A stretch of 64,000 bases of DNA from Nostoc sp. DedSLP01 (lineage in GTDB: Bacteria; Cyanobacteriota; Cyanobacteriia; Cyanobacteriales; Nostocaceae), in assembly GCA_034530875.2 (NCBI GenBank), contig JAVRCJ020000009.1, forward strand, positions 1-64,000. Direction: 5' to 3'. Of this stretch, positions 30,660-40,605 are shown in pieces. The notes beneath the pieces were generated by a model. That model was not told the origin of the DNA and did no database searches. It was given only the letters and a program-made list of their open reading frames with translations. The position numbers and the translations under genes were made by a program. Positions within the stretch are counted from its first letter, which is position 1, and each line of letters opens with the position of its first letter.

Positions 30660-31787
30660 TTACTCATGAGGGAAAATTTTATCTCCACTTTTAGGATCGA
30701 ACACAAATAATTCATTTAAATTTAATTCGAGAGATAGGCGATCGCCTGAACGCGGACGTACATCTTTACTAGTCTGAATATTTAGCACCGTTGTCGAGCC
30801 AGGTAAACCCCCACGAATCAAAGTTTCCCTGCCCAAGGGTTCTACTAACTTGACCTCAACTTGCAACAGTGCTAAGTTCTGAATTCTGACTTCTGAATTC
30901 TGACTTCTGAATTCTGACTCAGTATTAATTTTGAGATGTTCTGGTCTAATCCCCAGATTTAAACTTTGACCTTGGCGTAACCGCAATCTTTCTTGCACAA
31001 TTGCTGGAATAGGCAACAATTGCCCGCTGACATCAAAACTATCATTTTGATAGGTTGCAGGCAAAATATTCATTGGCGGATTACCTAAAAAAGTTGCCAC
31101 CATCTGATTAGCAGGATGAGCGTAAATACTTTGAGGATCGCCAATTTGTTGAATGCGTCCGCGATTTAGCACCACGATTTTATCAGCCAAAGTCATTGCC
31201 TCGACTTGATCGTGGGTTACATAAACTGTGGTAATTCCTAATTCTTGATGTAGTTGTTTTAACTCTGCTCTAGTATCATCTCGCAACTGAGCGTCTAAAT
31301 TAGACAAAGGCTCATCCAATAAAAACACTTGTGGTTCGCGGGCGATCGCTCTTCCTAAGGCTACACGTTGTTGCTGTCCTCCAGAAAGCTGTTTGGGTTT
31401 GCGATCTAGGAGATTTTCTAAAGAAAGCGATCGCGCTACATTCACGACTCTCTCTTGAATGAGCTTCGAGTCAACCTTCCGCATCTGCAACCCAAAGGCG
31501 ATGTTTTGGGCTACCGTCATGTGAGGATAAAGAGCGTAGTTTTGGAATACCATCGCCACATCCCGCTGTCTAGCTGGGATATTATTCACTAAGCGATCGC
31601 CAATAAACAGTTTGCCAGAAGTCGCGGTTTCCAAGCCGGCGATGGTTCGCAAAATTGTAGACTTACCACAACCCGACGGCCCGACTAAAACCCAAAATTC
31701 TCCATCGGGAATTTCAAAGCTAATATCCTCGATGGCGGTGACATTATTAAATCTACGCTTAATGTCTTCTAAACGAACGTTTGCCAT
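30660..31787 (-). CDS. Sugar ABC transporter ATPase (MalK/MsiK family)
   Basis: GPSGCGKST, MVFQNYALYPH, LSGGQQQR and the TOBE-domain GIRPEH. Confidence 0.95.
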   Translation of the reverse strand: MANVRLEDIKRRFNNVTAIEDISFEIPDGEFWVLVGPSGCGKSTILRTIAGLETATSGKLFIGDRLVNNIPARQRDVAMVFQNYALYPHMTVAQNIAFGLQMRKVDSKLIQERVVNVARSLSLENLLDRKPKQLSGGQQQRVALGRAIAREPQVFLLDEPLSNLDAQLRDDTRAELKQLHQELGITTVYVTHDQVEAMTLADKIVVLNRGRIQQIGDPQSIYAHPANQMVATFLGNPPMNILPATYQNDSFDVSGQLLPIPAIVQERLRLRQGQSLNLGIRPEHLKINTESEFRSQNSEVRIQNLALLQVEVKLVEPLGRETLIRGGLPGSTTVLNIQTSKDVRPRSGDRLSLELNLNELFVFDPKSGDKIFPHE

Positions 31788-31884
31788 TATTAGATTCAAG
31801 TTAATAGTTAGGAGTTAGGAGTTAGGAACTTTAAGTTTTGAGTTTTGAGTTTTAAATTTAAAATCTCTTCAACTCATAACTCTT

Positions 31885-31939
31885 GTACAGACGCGTAGAC
31901 GCTCAAAGAGCGTCTTCTCGTAAGAGTATAATCGCGTCT
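31885..31939. repeat. Nested REP-like palindrome with an inserted hairpin
   Basis: Outer arms AGACGCG/CGCGTCT and inner hairpin AGACGCTC-AAA-GAGCGTCT, embedded in AACTCAT heptamers. Confidence 0.6.
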
Positions 31940-31943
31940 TGAC

Positions 31944-32663
31944 TCATAACTTTGTCCAAGCAGGATGAGATAATAAAGAAGCAAAAACTCGCACTCCCCG
32001 CAGTTGATTCGAGAGGGGCAAATGGCCTTTAGGGGCGCTTAAATCCCAAGTAAATTCATGGGGATAGCGAGTCCAATTATTACCTTTTTTCCAGCCAATT
32101 TTCGGCCAGAAATTCTCCCAATTTTTGCCTAAACTCAACCAAATTTCTCGCTGCACTGAAAAGCCAAATTTGCCCTCGGAGTGGACTAACCAGAGATTGT
32201 TAATAGTTTGTAAGTCAACAGCCGGGGCATTTTCTACTTCAGTAAAATACAACCATTTTCGTTGTACGGCCGCTGGCCCTGATACTTCGCACATTTTTTC
32301 TATAGTCATGCGATCGGCGGCTTGAAATTCTTGGGCGGCGAGTAGCTGTTGCAAAGGATTGTAATTAATCCCGCCCTCTGATTTTAGAGGTACAATTCCC
32401 TCAGGAAACCACGAGAGCAGAAATTCTTTGGCTTGAGGTGCATCAGATTTGTAGAGTACTTGGTAGGCTTTGCCATCAACCCAAGTTGCTGGGTTATCGC
32501 GCCGTTTCTGTAAAAATTCCATCAACACATCTAATCCCCCATCGCCCAACTCAGCTAACTGTGAGATGATTTGTTGTTGGATTTGAGGAGACCCAGCGAT
32601 TAATGTTTGTCGGAGGGAGTCGATGTCACTAGCAGGGCCTGATAAAATCATTGGGTCTGTCAT
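31944..32663 (-). CDS. gun4: GUN4 (Ycf53) Mg-chelatase regulator
   Basis: QEFQAADRMT, DLQTINNLWLVHSEGKFGFSVQREIW and APKGHLP. Confidence 0.9.
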   Translation of the reverse strand: MTDPMILSGPASDIDSLRQTLIAGSPQIQQQIISQLAELGDGGLDVLMEFLQKRRDNPATWVDGKAYQVLYKSDAPQAKEFLLSWFPEGIVPLKSEGGINYNPLQQLLAAQEFQAADRMTIEKMCEVSGPAAVQRKWLYFTEVENAPAVDLQTINNLWLVHSEGKFGFSVQREIWLSLGKNWENFWPKIGWKKGNNWTRYPHEFTWDLSAPKGHLPLSNQLRGVRVFASLLSHPAWTKL

Positions 32664-32980
32664 GCCATTACTCGTATTAGCTCTAGCGTAGAAAAAGCGG
32701 TCAGCTATCGAGGATTCTTTAAGGTGAAGCAAAGATAGCGAAAAGTAGTTTACTATTTTTGATCGTACAAAATTGCGATCGCTTCACCCAATCCCACACT
32801 TAAATCCCCAAATAATGTACAAGGAAAATAGGGGGAAAATCTGCGCCTCAGGGAGATGGGGAGATGGGGAGATGGGGAGATGGAGAGAAATGACAATAGT
32901 ATTTCCCCTCTGCCCCTTTGCTCACCTGCCTCTTCCCATGCCCTATGCCCAACAGCATATTTTTTAGGAGTGTTTGAAGT

Positions 32981-34402
32981 ATGTACGAGAAGATTACCCC
33001 CCCCACAACTGGATCGAAAATTACCTTCAAAAATGGCGAACCGATCGTACCTGATAACCCAATTATCCCTTTTATTCGAGGCGACGGTACAGGCATAGAT
33101 ATCTGGCCTGCTACCCAAAAGGTGCTAGATGCTGCTGTAGCTAAAGCATACAAAGGTAAACGTCAAATTAGCTGGTTCAAGGTTTACGCTGGGGATGAAG
33201 CTTGCGATTTATACGGAACTTATCAGTATTTACCTCAGGACACTCTCACAGCAATTGAAGAATATGGTGTAGCTATTAAAGGGCCTTTAACTACCCCCGT
33301 GGGTGGCGGTATTCGTTCTTTAAATGTGGCACTACGACAAATTTTTGACTTGTATGCTTGCGTGCGTCCTTGTCGCTATTATGCGGGTACGCCGTCACCC
33401 CACAAAAATCCAGAAAAGCTGGATGTAATTGTTTATCGAGAGAATACAGAAGATATTTATTTGGGTATTGAGTGGCGGCAAGGTAGCGAAATTGGCGATC
33501 GCTTAATTAAAATTCTCAACGAGGAACTTATCCCCGCTACTCCAGAACATGGGAAAAAACAAATTCCCCTCGATGCCGGTATCGGTATTAAACCCATCAG
33601 TAAAACTGGTTCCCAACGCCTAATTAGACGCGCCATCAAACACGCCTTACAATTGCCCAAACACAAGCAACAAGTGACTTTGGTGCATAAAGGCAACATC
33701 ATGAAATACACCGAAGGTGCTTTCCGCGATTGGGGTTACGAATTAGCAACGACGGAGTTTCGCCAAGAAACTGTCACCGAAAGGGAATCTTGGATTTTGA
33801 GCAATAAGGAAAAAAATCCCAATATTTCCCTAGAAGAAAATGCTCGTCAGATCGATCCAGGGTTTGATGCTCTCACCGATGAGAAAAAAGCACAAATTGT
33901 CAAGGAAGTTGAAACAGTTCTTAATTCAATTTGGGCAACCCACGGCGATGGCAAATGGAAAGATAAAGTTTTAGTGAACGACCGGATTGCTGACAGTATT
34001 TTTCAACAAATCCAAACCAGACCAGATGAGTATTCGATTTTGGCGACAATGAACTTGAACGGCGATTACTTGTCTGATGCTGCTGCGGCGATCGTTGGTG
34101 GATTGGGAATGGGCCCAGGGGCAAACATTGGCGATAACAGTGCCATATTTGAAGCCACCCACGGCACTGCGCCCAAACACGCCGGGTTAGATAAGATTAA
34201 TCCTGGTTCAGTGATTTTGTCCGGTGTGATGATGTTGGAATATCTCGGTTGGCAAGAAGCCGCAGACCTAATCAAGAAAGGTTTAGGAGATGCGATCGCC
34301 AACAGTCAAGTCACTTATGATTTAGCACGTTTGCTAGAACCAGCAGTTGAACCCTTAAAATGTTCTGAATTTGCCGAAGCCATAATTCAGCATTTTGATT
34401 AA
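32981..34402 (+). CDS. icd: NADP-dependent isocitrate dehydrogenase
   Basis: [37 protein letters not shown] and EATHGTAPK. Confidence 0.98.
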   Translation: MYEKITPPTTGSKITFKNGEPIVPDNPIIPFIRGDGTGIDIWPATQKVLDAAVAKAYKGKRQISWFKVYAGDEACDLYGTYQYLPQDTLTAIEEYGVAIKGPLTTPVGGGIRSLNVALRQIFDLYACVRPCRYYAGTPSPHKNPEKLDVIVYRENTEDIYLGIEWRQGSEIGDRLIKILNEELIPATPEHGKKQIPLDAGIGIKPISKTGSQRLIRRAIKHALQLPKHKQQVTLVHKGNIMKYTEGAFRDWGYELATTEFRQETVTERESWILSNKEKNPNISLEENARQIDPGFDALTDEKKAQIVKEVETVLNSIWATHGDGKWKDKVLVNDRIADSIFQQIQTRPDEYSILATMNLNGDYLSDAAAAIVGGLGMGPGANIGDNSAIFEATHGTAPKHAGLDKINPGSVILSGVMMLEYLGWQEAADLIKKGLGDAIANSQVTYDLARLLEPAVEPLKCSEFAEAIIQHFD

Positions 34403-34428
34403 TTGGTAATAGTGCATAGGGCATAGGG

Positions 34429-34528
34429 CAATACGGTTCAGTTAAGGAATTTATCTGTTAAGGCAGGCAGAGGGAACAGAGGAAGCAGAGGAAGCAGGGG
34501 GAGAAAAAAGCTTAACTGAACGGTATTG
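34429..34528. mobile_element. 100-bp MITE with 18-bp terminal inverted repeats and a 10-bp target-site duplication
   Basis: CAATACGGTTCAGTTAAG / CTTAACTGAACGGTATTG (1 mismatch), with flanks GGGCATAGGG / GGGCATTGGG. Confidence 0.85.
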
Positions 34529-34563
34529 GGGCATTGGGCATTGGGCAAGCAGGAGGTGTGGGG

Positions 34564-34597
34564 GGTGTGGGAGGATGGGGAAGAAATCTTTCCCCCC
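34564..34597. repeat. Dispersed 34-bp repeat core (copies at 38590-38623 and, inverted, 51022-51055)
   Basis: GGTGTGGGAGGATGGGGAAGAAATCTTTCCCCCC. Confidence 0.85.
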
Positions 34598-34719
34598 ACA
34601 CTCTCCACACTCCCCTGCTCCTCTGCTCCTCTGCTCCCCATTCCCTAATTTTTTGCAACCACAATCTAAGAAAATGAGAACGACCAAGTAATTGACATAA
34701 GTTCGCTGCAAAAACTTCT

Positions 34720-35481
34720 ATGACTGTTAATCGACGCTATTTCTTGTTTTTACTCACATCAACTGCAAGTGCTTTGGCGGTAAATGCTTGTGCATCTTCA
34801 GAAAATTCTTCTGTAGGAAATACTCCAACTCCCGACACAACACCAAACACAACAGGCGCTATTCAACTACCACCTTTACCTTACGCTTATGAAGCGCTCG
34901 AACCACACATCGATGCCAAAACAATGCAGTTTCATCACGATAAGCACCACGCAACTTATGTGAAAAACCTGAATGCGGCATTAGAGAAATATCCAAAACT
35001 GAAAAGTAGAAGTGTTGAAGAACTGTTGCAAAAACTTGACACAGTGCCAAAAGATATCCGCAAAACAGTACTAAATAATGGCGGCGGTCATGTGAATCAC
35101 TCAATGTTTTGGGAAATCATGAAGCCCAAAGGTGGTGGAGAACCTACAGGAGATATAGCCTCGGCTATTAATCAAAACTTTGGTAGTTTTGCGGCTTTCA
35201 AAAAACAGTTTAACCAAGCTGGTGCTGCTCGTTTTGGTAGTGGCTGGGTGTGGCTAGTGCGTAACAAAGATGGCAAGTTAGAAGTAACCTCTACAGCTAA
35301 TCAAGATAATCCCCTCAGCAAAGGTCAATATCCCATCCTGGGCAATGATGTATGGGAACACGCATATTATCTCAACTACCAAAACCGTCGCGCCGATTAC
35401 TTAGAGGCTTGGTGGAACGTGGTTAACTGGGATGAGATAAACACGCGGTTTGCAGATGCTCAAAAATTTAAATTTGCTTAG
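34720..35481 (+). CDS. sodA: Mn superoxide dismutase with a Tat-lipoprotein signal
   Basis: [15 protein letters not shown] and NQD (Mn-type), DVWEHAYY. N-terminus RRYFL...VNAC. Confidence 0.93.
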   Translation: MTVNRRYFLFLLTSTASALAVNACASSENSSVGNTPTPDTTPNTTGAIQLPPLPYAYEALEPHIDAKTMQFHHDKHHATYVKNLNAALEKYPKLKSRSVEELLQKLDTVPKDIRKTVLNNGGGHVNHSMFWEIMKPKGGGEPTGDIASAINQNFGSFAAFKKQFNQAGAARFGSGWVWLVRNKDGKLEVTSTANQDNPLSKGQYPILGNDVWEHAYYLNYQNRRADYLEAWWNVVNWDEINTRFADAQKFKFA

Positions 35482-35628
35482 ATAGCAAGAATGGGGACAA
35501 AATATATAAATTTTAAATTTTATGTAGAGTGTCTTGAGGTGAATTTTTGCAAGAAAGGGGAAAGGGAAAAGGCAAGAAAAAGGGATCTTCCCCTTCCCCT
35601 TTTCTCCACTTTTGCGAGAAGCTTATTG

Positions 35629-36366
35629 TCAAAGAGGTTTTTGATTAGGTACACCAGTAGTACGGGGAAACTGAATTGGTGTCGTGGCTACCTTACGCAA
35701 ATACACACAATGGCGGACGCTTTGGCTCAACGGTGTTGTAAATTTTTCGATCGCTTCAATAACACCACCCAACTGCTTAACAGCATTTTGCAAAACAGTG
35801 GTTTCATCCTCTGTCCAATTACCACGATAAATTATTGCTAAACCTCCCTGTTTGAGCAGTGGTAATGTATATTCTGCACAGACTGAGGCTGTTCCTACAG
35901 CACGAATTAGGGCAATATCGTAAGTTTGTCGGTGTTGGAGTTGCTGACCAATTTCTTCAGCCCTGCCAACGAGAGTTTTAGCATTAGTCAGGGCAAGTTC
36001 AGTTAAGATTTTTTCAATAAAAGTAATTTTTTTGCGGGTTGAATCCATCAAAGTAATTGTGCAATTAGGTGCAGCAATTTTTACTGGAATACCCGGAAAG
36101 CCCGCACCTGTACCAATATCAATTACAGATACACCTTCTTTAAGAGAGGCTATAAATTCTCCCTGCGGTGCAATTCCTTGTAGTGAATCCCAAAGATGTT
36201 TTTCCCAAAACTCTTGCGATTCAGTGATGCGAGTCAAATTTAGTTGGCGGTTACCTTCTAGGATTAATTCATAAAGCCTTTGGAATTGCACCTGCTGTTG
36301 GACACTTGGTTGCCAATTCAGGGTTTGCTGCCAAATTTCCGCCATTTCAGGCAATGAGTTAGTCAT
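35629..36366 (-). CDS. rsmG: 16S rRNA m7G527 methyltransferase
   Basis: NLTRI, KHLWDSL, DIGTGAGFPG, RAE and RAV motifs. Confidence 0.96.
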   Translation of the reverse strand: MTNSLPEMAEIWQQTLNWQPSVQQQVQFQRLYELILEGNRQLNLTRITESQEFWEKHLWDSLQGIAPQGEFIASLKEGVSVIDIGTGAGFPGIPVKIAAPNCTITLMDSTRKKITFIEKILTELALTNAKTLVGRAEEIGQQLQHRQTYDIALIRAVGTASVCAEYTLPLLKQGGLAIIYRGNWTEDETTVLQNAVKQLGGVIEAIEKFTTPLSQSVRHCVYLRKVATTPIQFPRTTGVPNQKPL

Positions 36367-36534
36367 TAGTCATTAGTCATTAGTCATTGGTTATGGGGCA
36401 TGGGGCATTAGAGATATGGGAGGTGTAGGAGGTGTGGGAACAGAGGAGGGCATAAATTCTCTTTCTCCCCACACTCCCCACACTCCCCACACTCCCCACA
36501 CTTCCCTATCTCCCCATCTCCCTATCTCCCCAAC

Positions 36535-37209
36535 TCATACCGCCGGTAAAGGTTCTTTAACTTTGCCTTCTAGTGTCTTTGGGTCAACTGATTCTAGTAC
36601 GCCGTGGTTGAGTGTCCAGCAACGATCTGCGATCGCTAATAAATCTCCAGCATCGTGTGTCACTACTAACAATGTCCAATCTTGCTTGAGTTTTGCTAAT
36701 AAATTTACCAGCTGTCGCCGCATTGACCAATCTAATCCAGCTGTAGGTTCATCCAATAACAGTACATTTGGCTGGCGAATTAATTGCACTGCTAAAGCTA
36801 AACGTCTTTGCTGACCGCCACTCAAAGCATGGGGTGCAATGGAAAGCGATAAATGATCTAATCCCACCTCACTTAGCGCGTGTCTGACTCGATCTGACCC
36901 TAATTCAGGGTGTCCTAAACGCAATTCTTCTAAAATCGAACTACCACAAAAATGTCGCTCTGGAAACTGAAATACCAACCCAGCCAATTGTTGTAGCTGT
37001 TCGGGAATCAGTTCTTGTTCGCGCCAAAATAGTGCGCCAGAAGTCGGTTCAGCTAATCCAGATAAAATTTCTAGTAACGTACTTTTACCAGAACCACTCG
37101 GGCCAATAATCAGACCTAGCTGCTGGGGTGCTAATTCTAAGTCGATCGATTTGAGAATTGCTGTTGGGCAGGCTGTGGGGTGATAAATTAGATTTCGGAG
37201 ATAGAGCAT
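36535..37209 (-). CDS. ABC ATPase, EcfA/CbiO-like
   Basis: GPSGSGKST, LVFQFPE, LSGGQQRR and DEPTAGLD. Confidence 0.9.
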   Translation of the reverse strand: MLYLRNLIYHPTACPTAILKSIDLELAPQQLGLIIGPSGSGKSTLLEILSGLAEPTSGALFWREQELIPEQLQQLAGLVFQFPERHFCGSSILEELRLGHPELGSDRVRHALSEVGLDHLSLSIAPHALSGGQQRRLALAVQLIRQPNVLLLDEPTAGLDWSMRRQLVNLLAKLKQDWTLLVVTHDAGDLLAIADRCWTLNHGVLESVDPKTLEGKVKEPLPAV

Positions 37210-37370
37210 TTGTTAAGATTACCAAAAAGTCAGCAAATTACTGATTAACTACACCAAGAGCAACTGGAAAATTCTAAAAAACTGATACTACATTACTTGC
37301 GTTAACACCCTAATTTAGCAGCAAGAATTATCCACCTTTTCTCCATTGTGGCAGAATCACCCTTAAACAA

Positions 37371-37491
37371 TAGACTTCTTGCAGAAGTACACAAAAGGCT
37401 AACCGATAAAGGCAGCCTCCGGCTGTTAAAAGGGCAAGGGATAAAGGGAAAAGTCACAATCCCTCCTATAAGCTTTCCCCTCTCTGGTCTA
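37371..37491. mobile_element. Short MITE-like element, TAGAC...GTCTA family
   Basis: Begins TAGACTTCTTGCAGAAGT, identical to 52661-52678, and ends GGTCTA. Confidence 0.55.
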
Positions 37492-37624
37492 ATGGCACTA
37501 ACATACTTGGGAACATGAAACAATTACCCAAGTCAACCTTGATAGAAAATTTTACCTATAATTATTTTTTGCATTCTAAGTAACACATACAACTATTTCA
37601 ACCGCAATTATTCTGAGGCTTAAA

Positions 37625-38557
37625 ATGACTAAAAGGTTTTCTGCTTCTCAATTAGTCGGATTTGCCAGACTCAAGTTAGTTGCTCGGGTGGTTTTTGGGA
37701 GTGCGATCGCACTTAATCTGTCGATAAATCCCTCGCTAGCTGGCGATCCCTTTCGGACTGACAAACCTCATGAAATTGGCAACGAAACTCAAGCAGCTTT
37801 TGAAGCAATTTTTCAACAAGGTAACTATCCAGCAGCAGAACGTCATCTCAAACAAGCGCTAGACAAAGAGCCAAATGAACCTCTAGCTTATGCGATGAAG
37901 GCATCTTTGGCTTATGGAAATAAAGATTGGGCTAAACTAAACACCTACAGCCAGAAAACCTTAGAAACCGCCCAAAAGCTGATTGCTACCGATCCATTAC
38001 GCGGAAATTTATACACTGCTGTTGGACATTTTTTACAGGGTTCTGTAATTCTCATCCGTGAAGGTACAGCCAGCGGTGTACCAGAAGCTTTTGGTCGCTT
38101 GCGGCAAGTTTATCAATATTTAGACAAGGCCGAAGCGATTTCTGCCAACGATCCAGAACTAAATTTAATCAAGGGTTATATGGATTTATTGTTGGCGGTT
38201 AATTTGCCTTTCGCTAGTCCAGATCAAGCAATTGGGCGCTTACAAGAAAATGCTGCTCCTAACTATCTCGTATATCGGGGCATTGCCCTTGCCTATCGGG
38301 ATTTAAAACGGTATCCTCAGGCTCTAGATTATGTTAATCGTGCCATTGAGAACGCCCGCGATAATCCAGAAATTTACTATCTCAAAGCCCAAATTCTGAG
38401 ACGACTAGGAGAAAAAGAAAAAAGTCAGCAATTTATTCAGGAAGCGATCGCTAATTTTGACAAAGCATTAACTAAAAAATCTCAACTCCCAAATACTTTA
38501 GTCAAACAAATCGAGAGCGAACGTAAAAATACTCTTAGCCTAAATAATTCAAGGTAA
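37625..38557 (+). CDS. TPR-repeat protein (Sll0314/Alr1548-like)
   Basis: Signal peptide, AGDPFR, IFQQGNY, DPELNLIKGYMDL and TPR helices. Confidence 0.8.
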   Translation: MTKRFSASQLVGFARLKLVARVVFGSAIALNLSINPSLAGDPFRTDKPHEIGNETQAAFEAIFQQGNYPAAERHLKQALDKEPNEPLAYAMKASLAYGNKDWAKLNTYSQKTLETAQKLIATDPLRGNLYTAVGHFLQGSVILIREGTASGVPEAFGRLRQVYQYLDKAEAISANDPELNLIKGYMDLLLAVNLPFASPDQAIGRLQENAAPNYLVYRGIALAYRDLKRYPQALDYVNRAIENARDNPEIYYLKAQILRRLGEKEKSQQFIQEAIANFDKALTKKSQLPNTLVKQIESERKNTLSLNNSR

Positions 38558-38704
38558 TGGGGTAAGCAGGAAGTGTGGGAGGTGTGGGAGGTGTGGGAAG
38601 ATGGGGAAGAAATCTTTCCCCCCTCTCCCCACACTTCTCCATCTCCCTATTCCCCACTCTGATATGCTTGTCTTCAGTAAAAATAATTGAAATATCTAAC
38701 TAAA

Positions 38705-39166
38705 ATGCAAATTCAATTCCGCGAATTTAATCCTTTTGATGTGTGGATTTGGGTAAAATTCACCACTATTCCTTCTGAGCGTGAAAAGCAGTATGTAGAA
38801 GAGGCTTTTGATTCCTGGTTTTATTTAGGAAAATTGGGCGCGTTTAATGCAGAAAATCTCCAGGTACAGGAAACTGGACTCGATATTAGCTATATGAATT
38901 ACGATTCCCAAGGGTACGACAAAAGCTTACTGGCGCTGATGCACAATATGGGTGAATTTGAATATCAAGGACAGTGGGGGCGTTGTTGGTTTGACTTAGG
39001 AACTAGTGATGCGATCGCTCTCGATGTTTTAATCAATGCTCTTACACAACTAAGTGAAGAATATGTAACTATTGAAGACTTATATATCGGCGGCGAAAAT
39101 GAAGATTGGCCTGTTGAAGATAGCGAAAGCCGTCCTCACTCTATTTACGATAATTACGATAATTAA
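38705..39166 (+). CDS. DUF3531 family protein
   Basis: IQFREFNPFD, SWFYLGKLGAFNAENLQV and WFDLGTSD. Confidence 0.85.
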   Translation: MQIQFREFNPFDVWIWVKFTTIPSEREKQYVEEAFDSWFYLGKLGAFNAENLQVQETGLDISYMNYDSQGYDKSLLALMHNMGEFEYQGQWGRCWFDLGTSDAIALDVLINALTQLSEEYVTIEDLYIGGENEDWPVEDSESRPHSIYDNYDN

Positions 39167-39174
39167 TTACCACA

Positions 39175-39606
39175 ATGAGGAAAGCGGGCGAAATTCGGGT
39201 ATTAGCTTTAGGATTAATTCGAGACGGCGAACGCATTTTTGTTTCTGAAGGTTACGACCCTGCAAAGCAAGAAATATTTTATCGGGCTTTAGGTGGCGGT
39301 GTTGAGTTTGGTGAAACTAGCTCCGAAGCGCTAAAACGTGAGTTTCAAGAGGAAATTCAGGCAGAGTTAACGAATATTCGCTATTTGGGTTGTATCGAAA
39401 ATTTGTTTATCTTCAACGGTAGGCAAGGTCACGAAATTATTCAACTTTATCAATGTGATTTTGCCGATCCTAAGTTTTATAAATTAGAAAGTTTAGTTTT
39501 TTCTGAATCAGGAAAACATAAACATAGGGCTTTATGGATTGAAATTTCACGCTTTGTTTCTCGAGAGCTAAAATTAGTCCCAGAAGTCTTTTTTCAATAT
39601 TTATAA
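39175..39606 (+). CDS. NUDIX hydrolase
   Basis: GGGVEFGETSSEALKREFQEE Nudix box. Confidence 0.92.
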   Translation: MRKAGEIRVLALGLIRDGERIFVSEGYDPAKQEIFYRALGGGVEFGETSSEALKREFQEEIQAELTNIRYLGCIENLFIFNGRQGHEIIQLYQCDFADPKFYKLESLVFSESGKHKHRALWIEISRFVSRELKLVPEVFFQYL

Positions 39607-39650
39607 ATTTACTATCTACAGATTTTCATATAAATATCCCATATTTTTCA

Positions 39651-39983
39651 CTAATCATACCTATTCTTTTTGGATTTAATTACTTCTATCGCGTCATCAT
39701 GTCTGTGACCTTCGATGATATCTTTTAAATGAATTTTCCCTTCAATATACTGGAGATGGATGCGCCATCCAGATATTTTGTCTATATCTGCACGATATAT
39801 TGCTTGTTTAATACCTTTTACTTTATGCAGTCTTGTTTTCGGAAAAGTTCTGGTTCTATGGCATTCATTATCTTCTAGTTCAGCCAAAGCTTCTAAAAAT
39901 TCAATTTTCAGGTCTTTTGGTAAAATCTTCATCGCTTCATAAATAACACCATATTCATCTAAAAGAGGCTTAATCTGTGACAT
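39651..39983 (-). CDS. Putative RelE/ParE-superfamily protein
   Basis: RLHKVKG..IYRADI..GWRI..IHLKDI..HDD resembles RelE-family mRNases. AT-rich. Confidence 0.5.
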   Translation of the reverse strand: MSQIKPLLDEYGVIYEAMKILPKDLKIEFLEALAELEDNECHRTRTFPKTRLHKVKGIKQAIYRADIDKISGWRIHLQYIEGKIHLKDIIEGHRHDDAIEVIKSKKNRYD

Positions 39984-40369
39984 TAGCTTGAATGAACCCC
40001 AATTTCTTGATGTTCGATGCTAAAGTCTTCATAAAGAGAATCTGCAACTGAAATATATGCGGCTAATGCATCTTCAGCCTTTACAGTTCTAAATAAGGTT
40101 ATTACCGTTCTATCAAAAATTGGATCGTCATCAATAGTCAGTATTATTCTGATATCTTTATCAATTTTCAAAGAATAAAGAGAGGAATCATAATTAGTAT
40201 TAAGTTTAATATTGTTAAATTTTACAGCATAACGATCTAAGATTTTTTTATTTTTAGACATTAATTCAATATATTGATTTAACTTTTTAATAATATTAAA
40301 CTTTTGTTTATTATTAAAATATTCTAAATCTTGTTCAAATTCTTTTGTGGATTCAATAAGTATTTCCAT
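39983..40369 (-). CDS. Putative divergent RelE/ParE-superfamily protein
   Basis: MEILIESTKEFEQDL and LYSLKIDKDIRIIL..VITLFR. TAATG overlap with the downstream gene. AT-rich. Confidence 0.5.
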   Translation of the reverse strand: MEILIESTKEFEQDLEYFNNKQKFNIIKKLNQYIELMSKNKKILDRYAVKFNNIKLNTNYDSSLYSLKIDKDIRIILTIDDDPIFDRTVITLFRTVKAEDALAAYISVADSLYEDFSIEHQEIGVHSS

Positions 40370-40605
40370 TCACTGGCTCCTAAATCGAAAATCCAACTTA
40401 CTTCAATTTAGCTTACAGCTATAGATAATTGAAGTATCCGAAGTACGGTTATTGCGAAAAAATAAATTATAGCAATATAGTGGTAAGTCAAGTATATAAA
40501 TTGGTCGCTGGAAGGAAAGCGATCGCTATTCAGAAATCTGTTGAAAAGAACTTGTAGTAATCAGCGATCGTCTTTAACATCACAACTGATTTGAAAGTAA
40601 AATCT

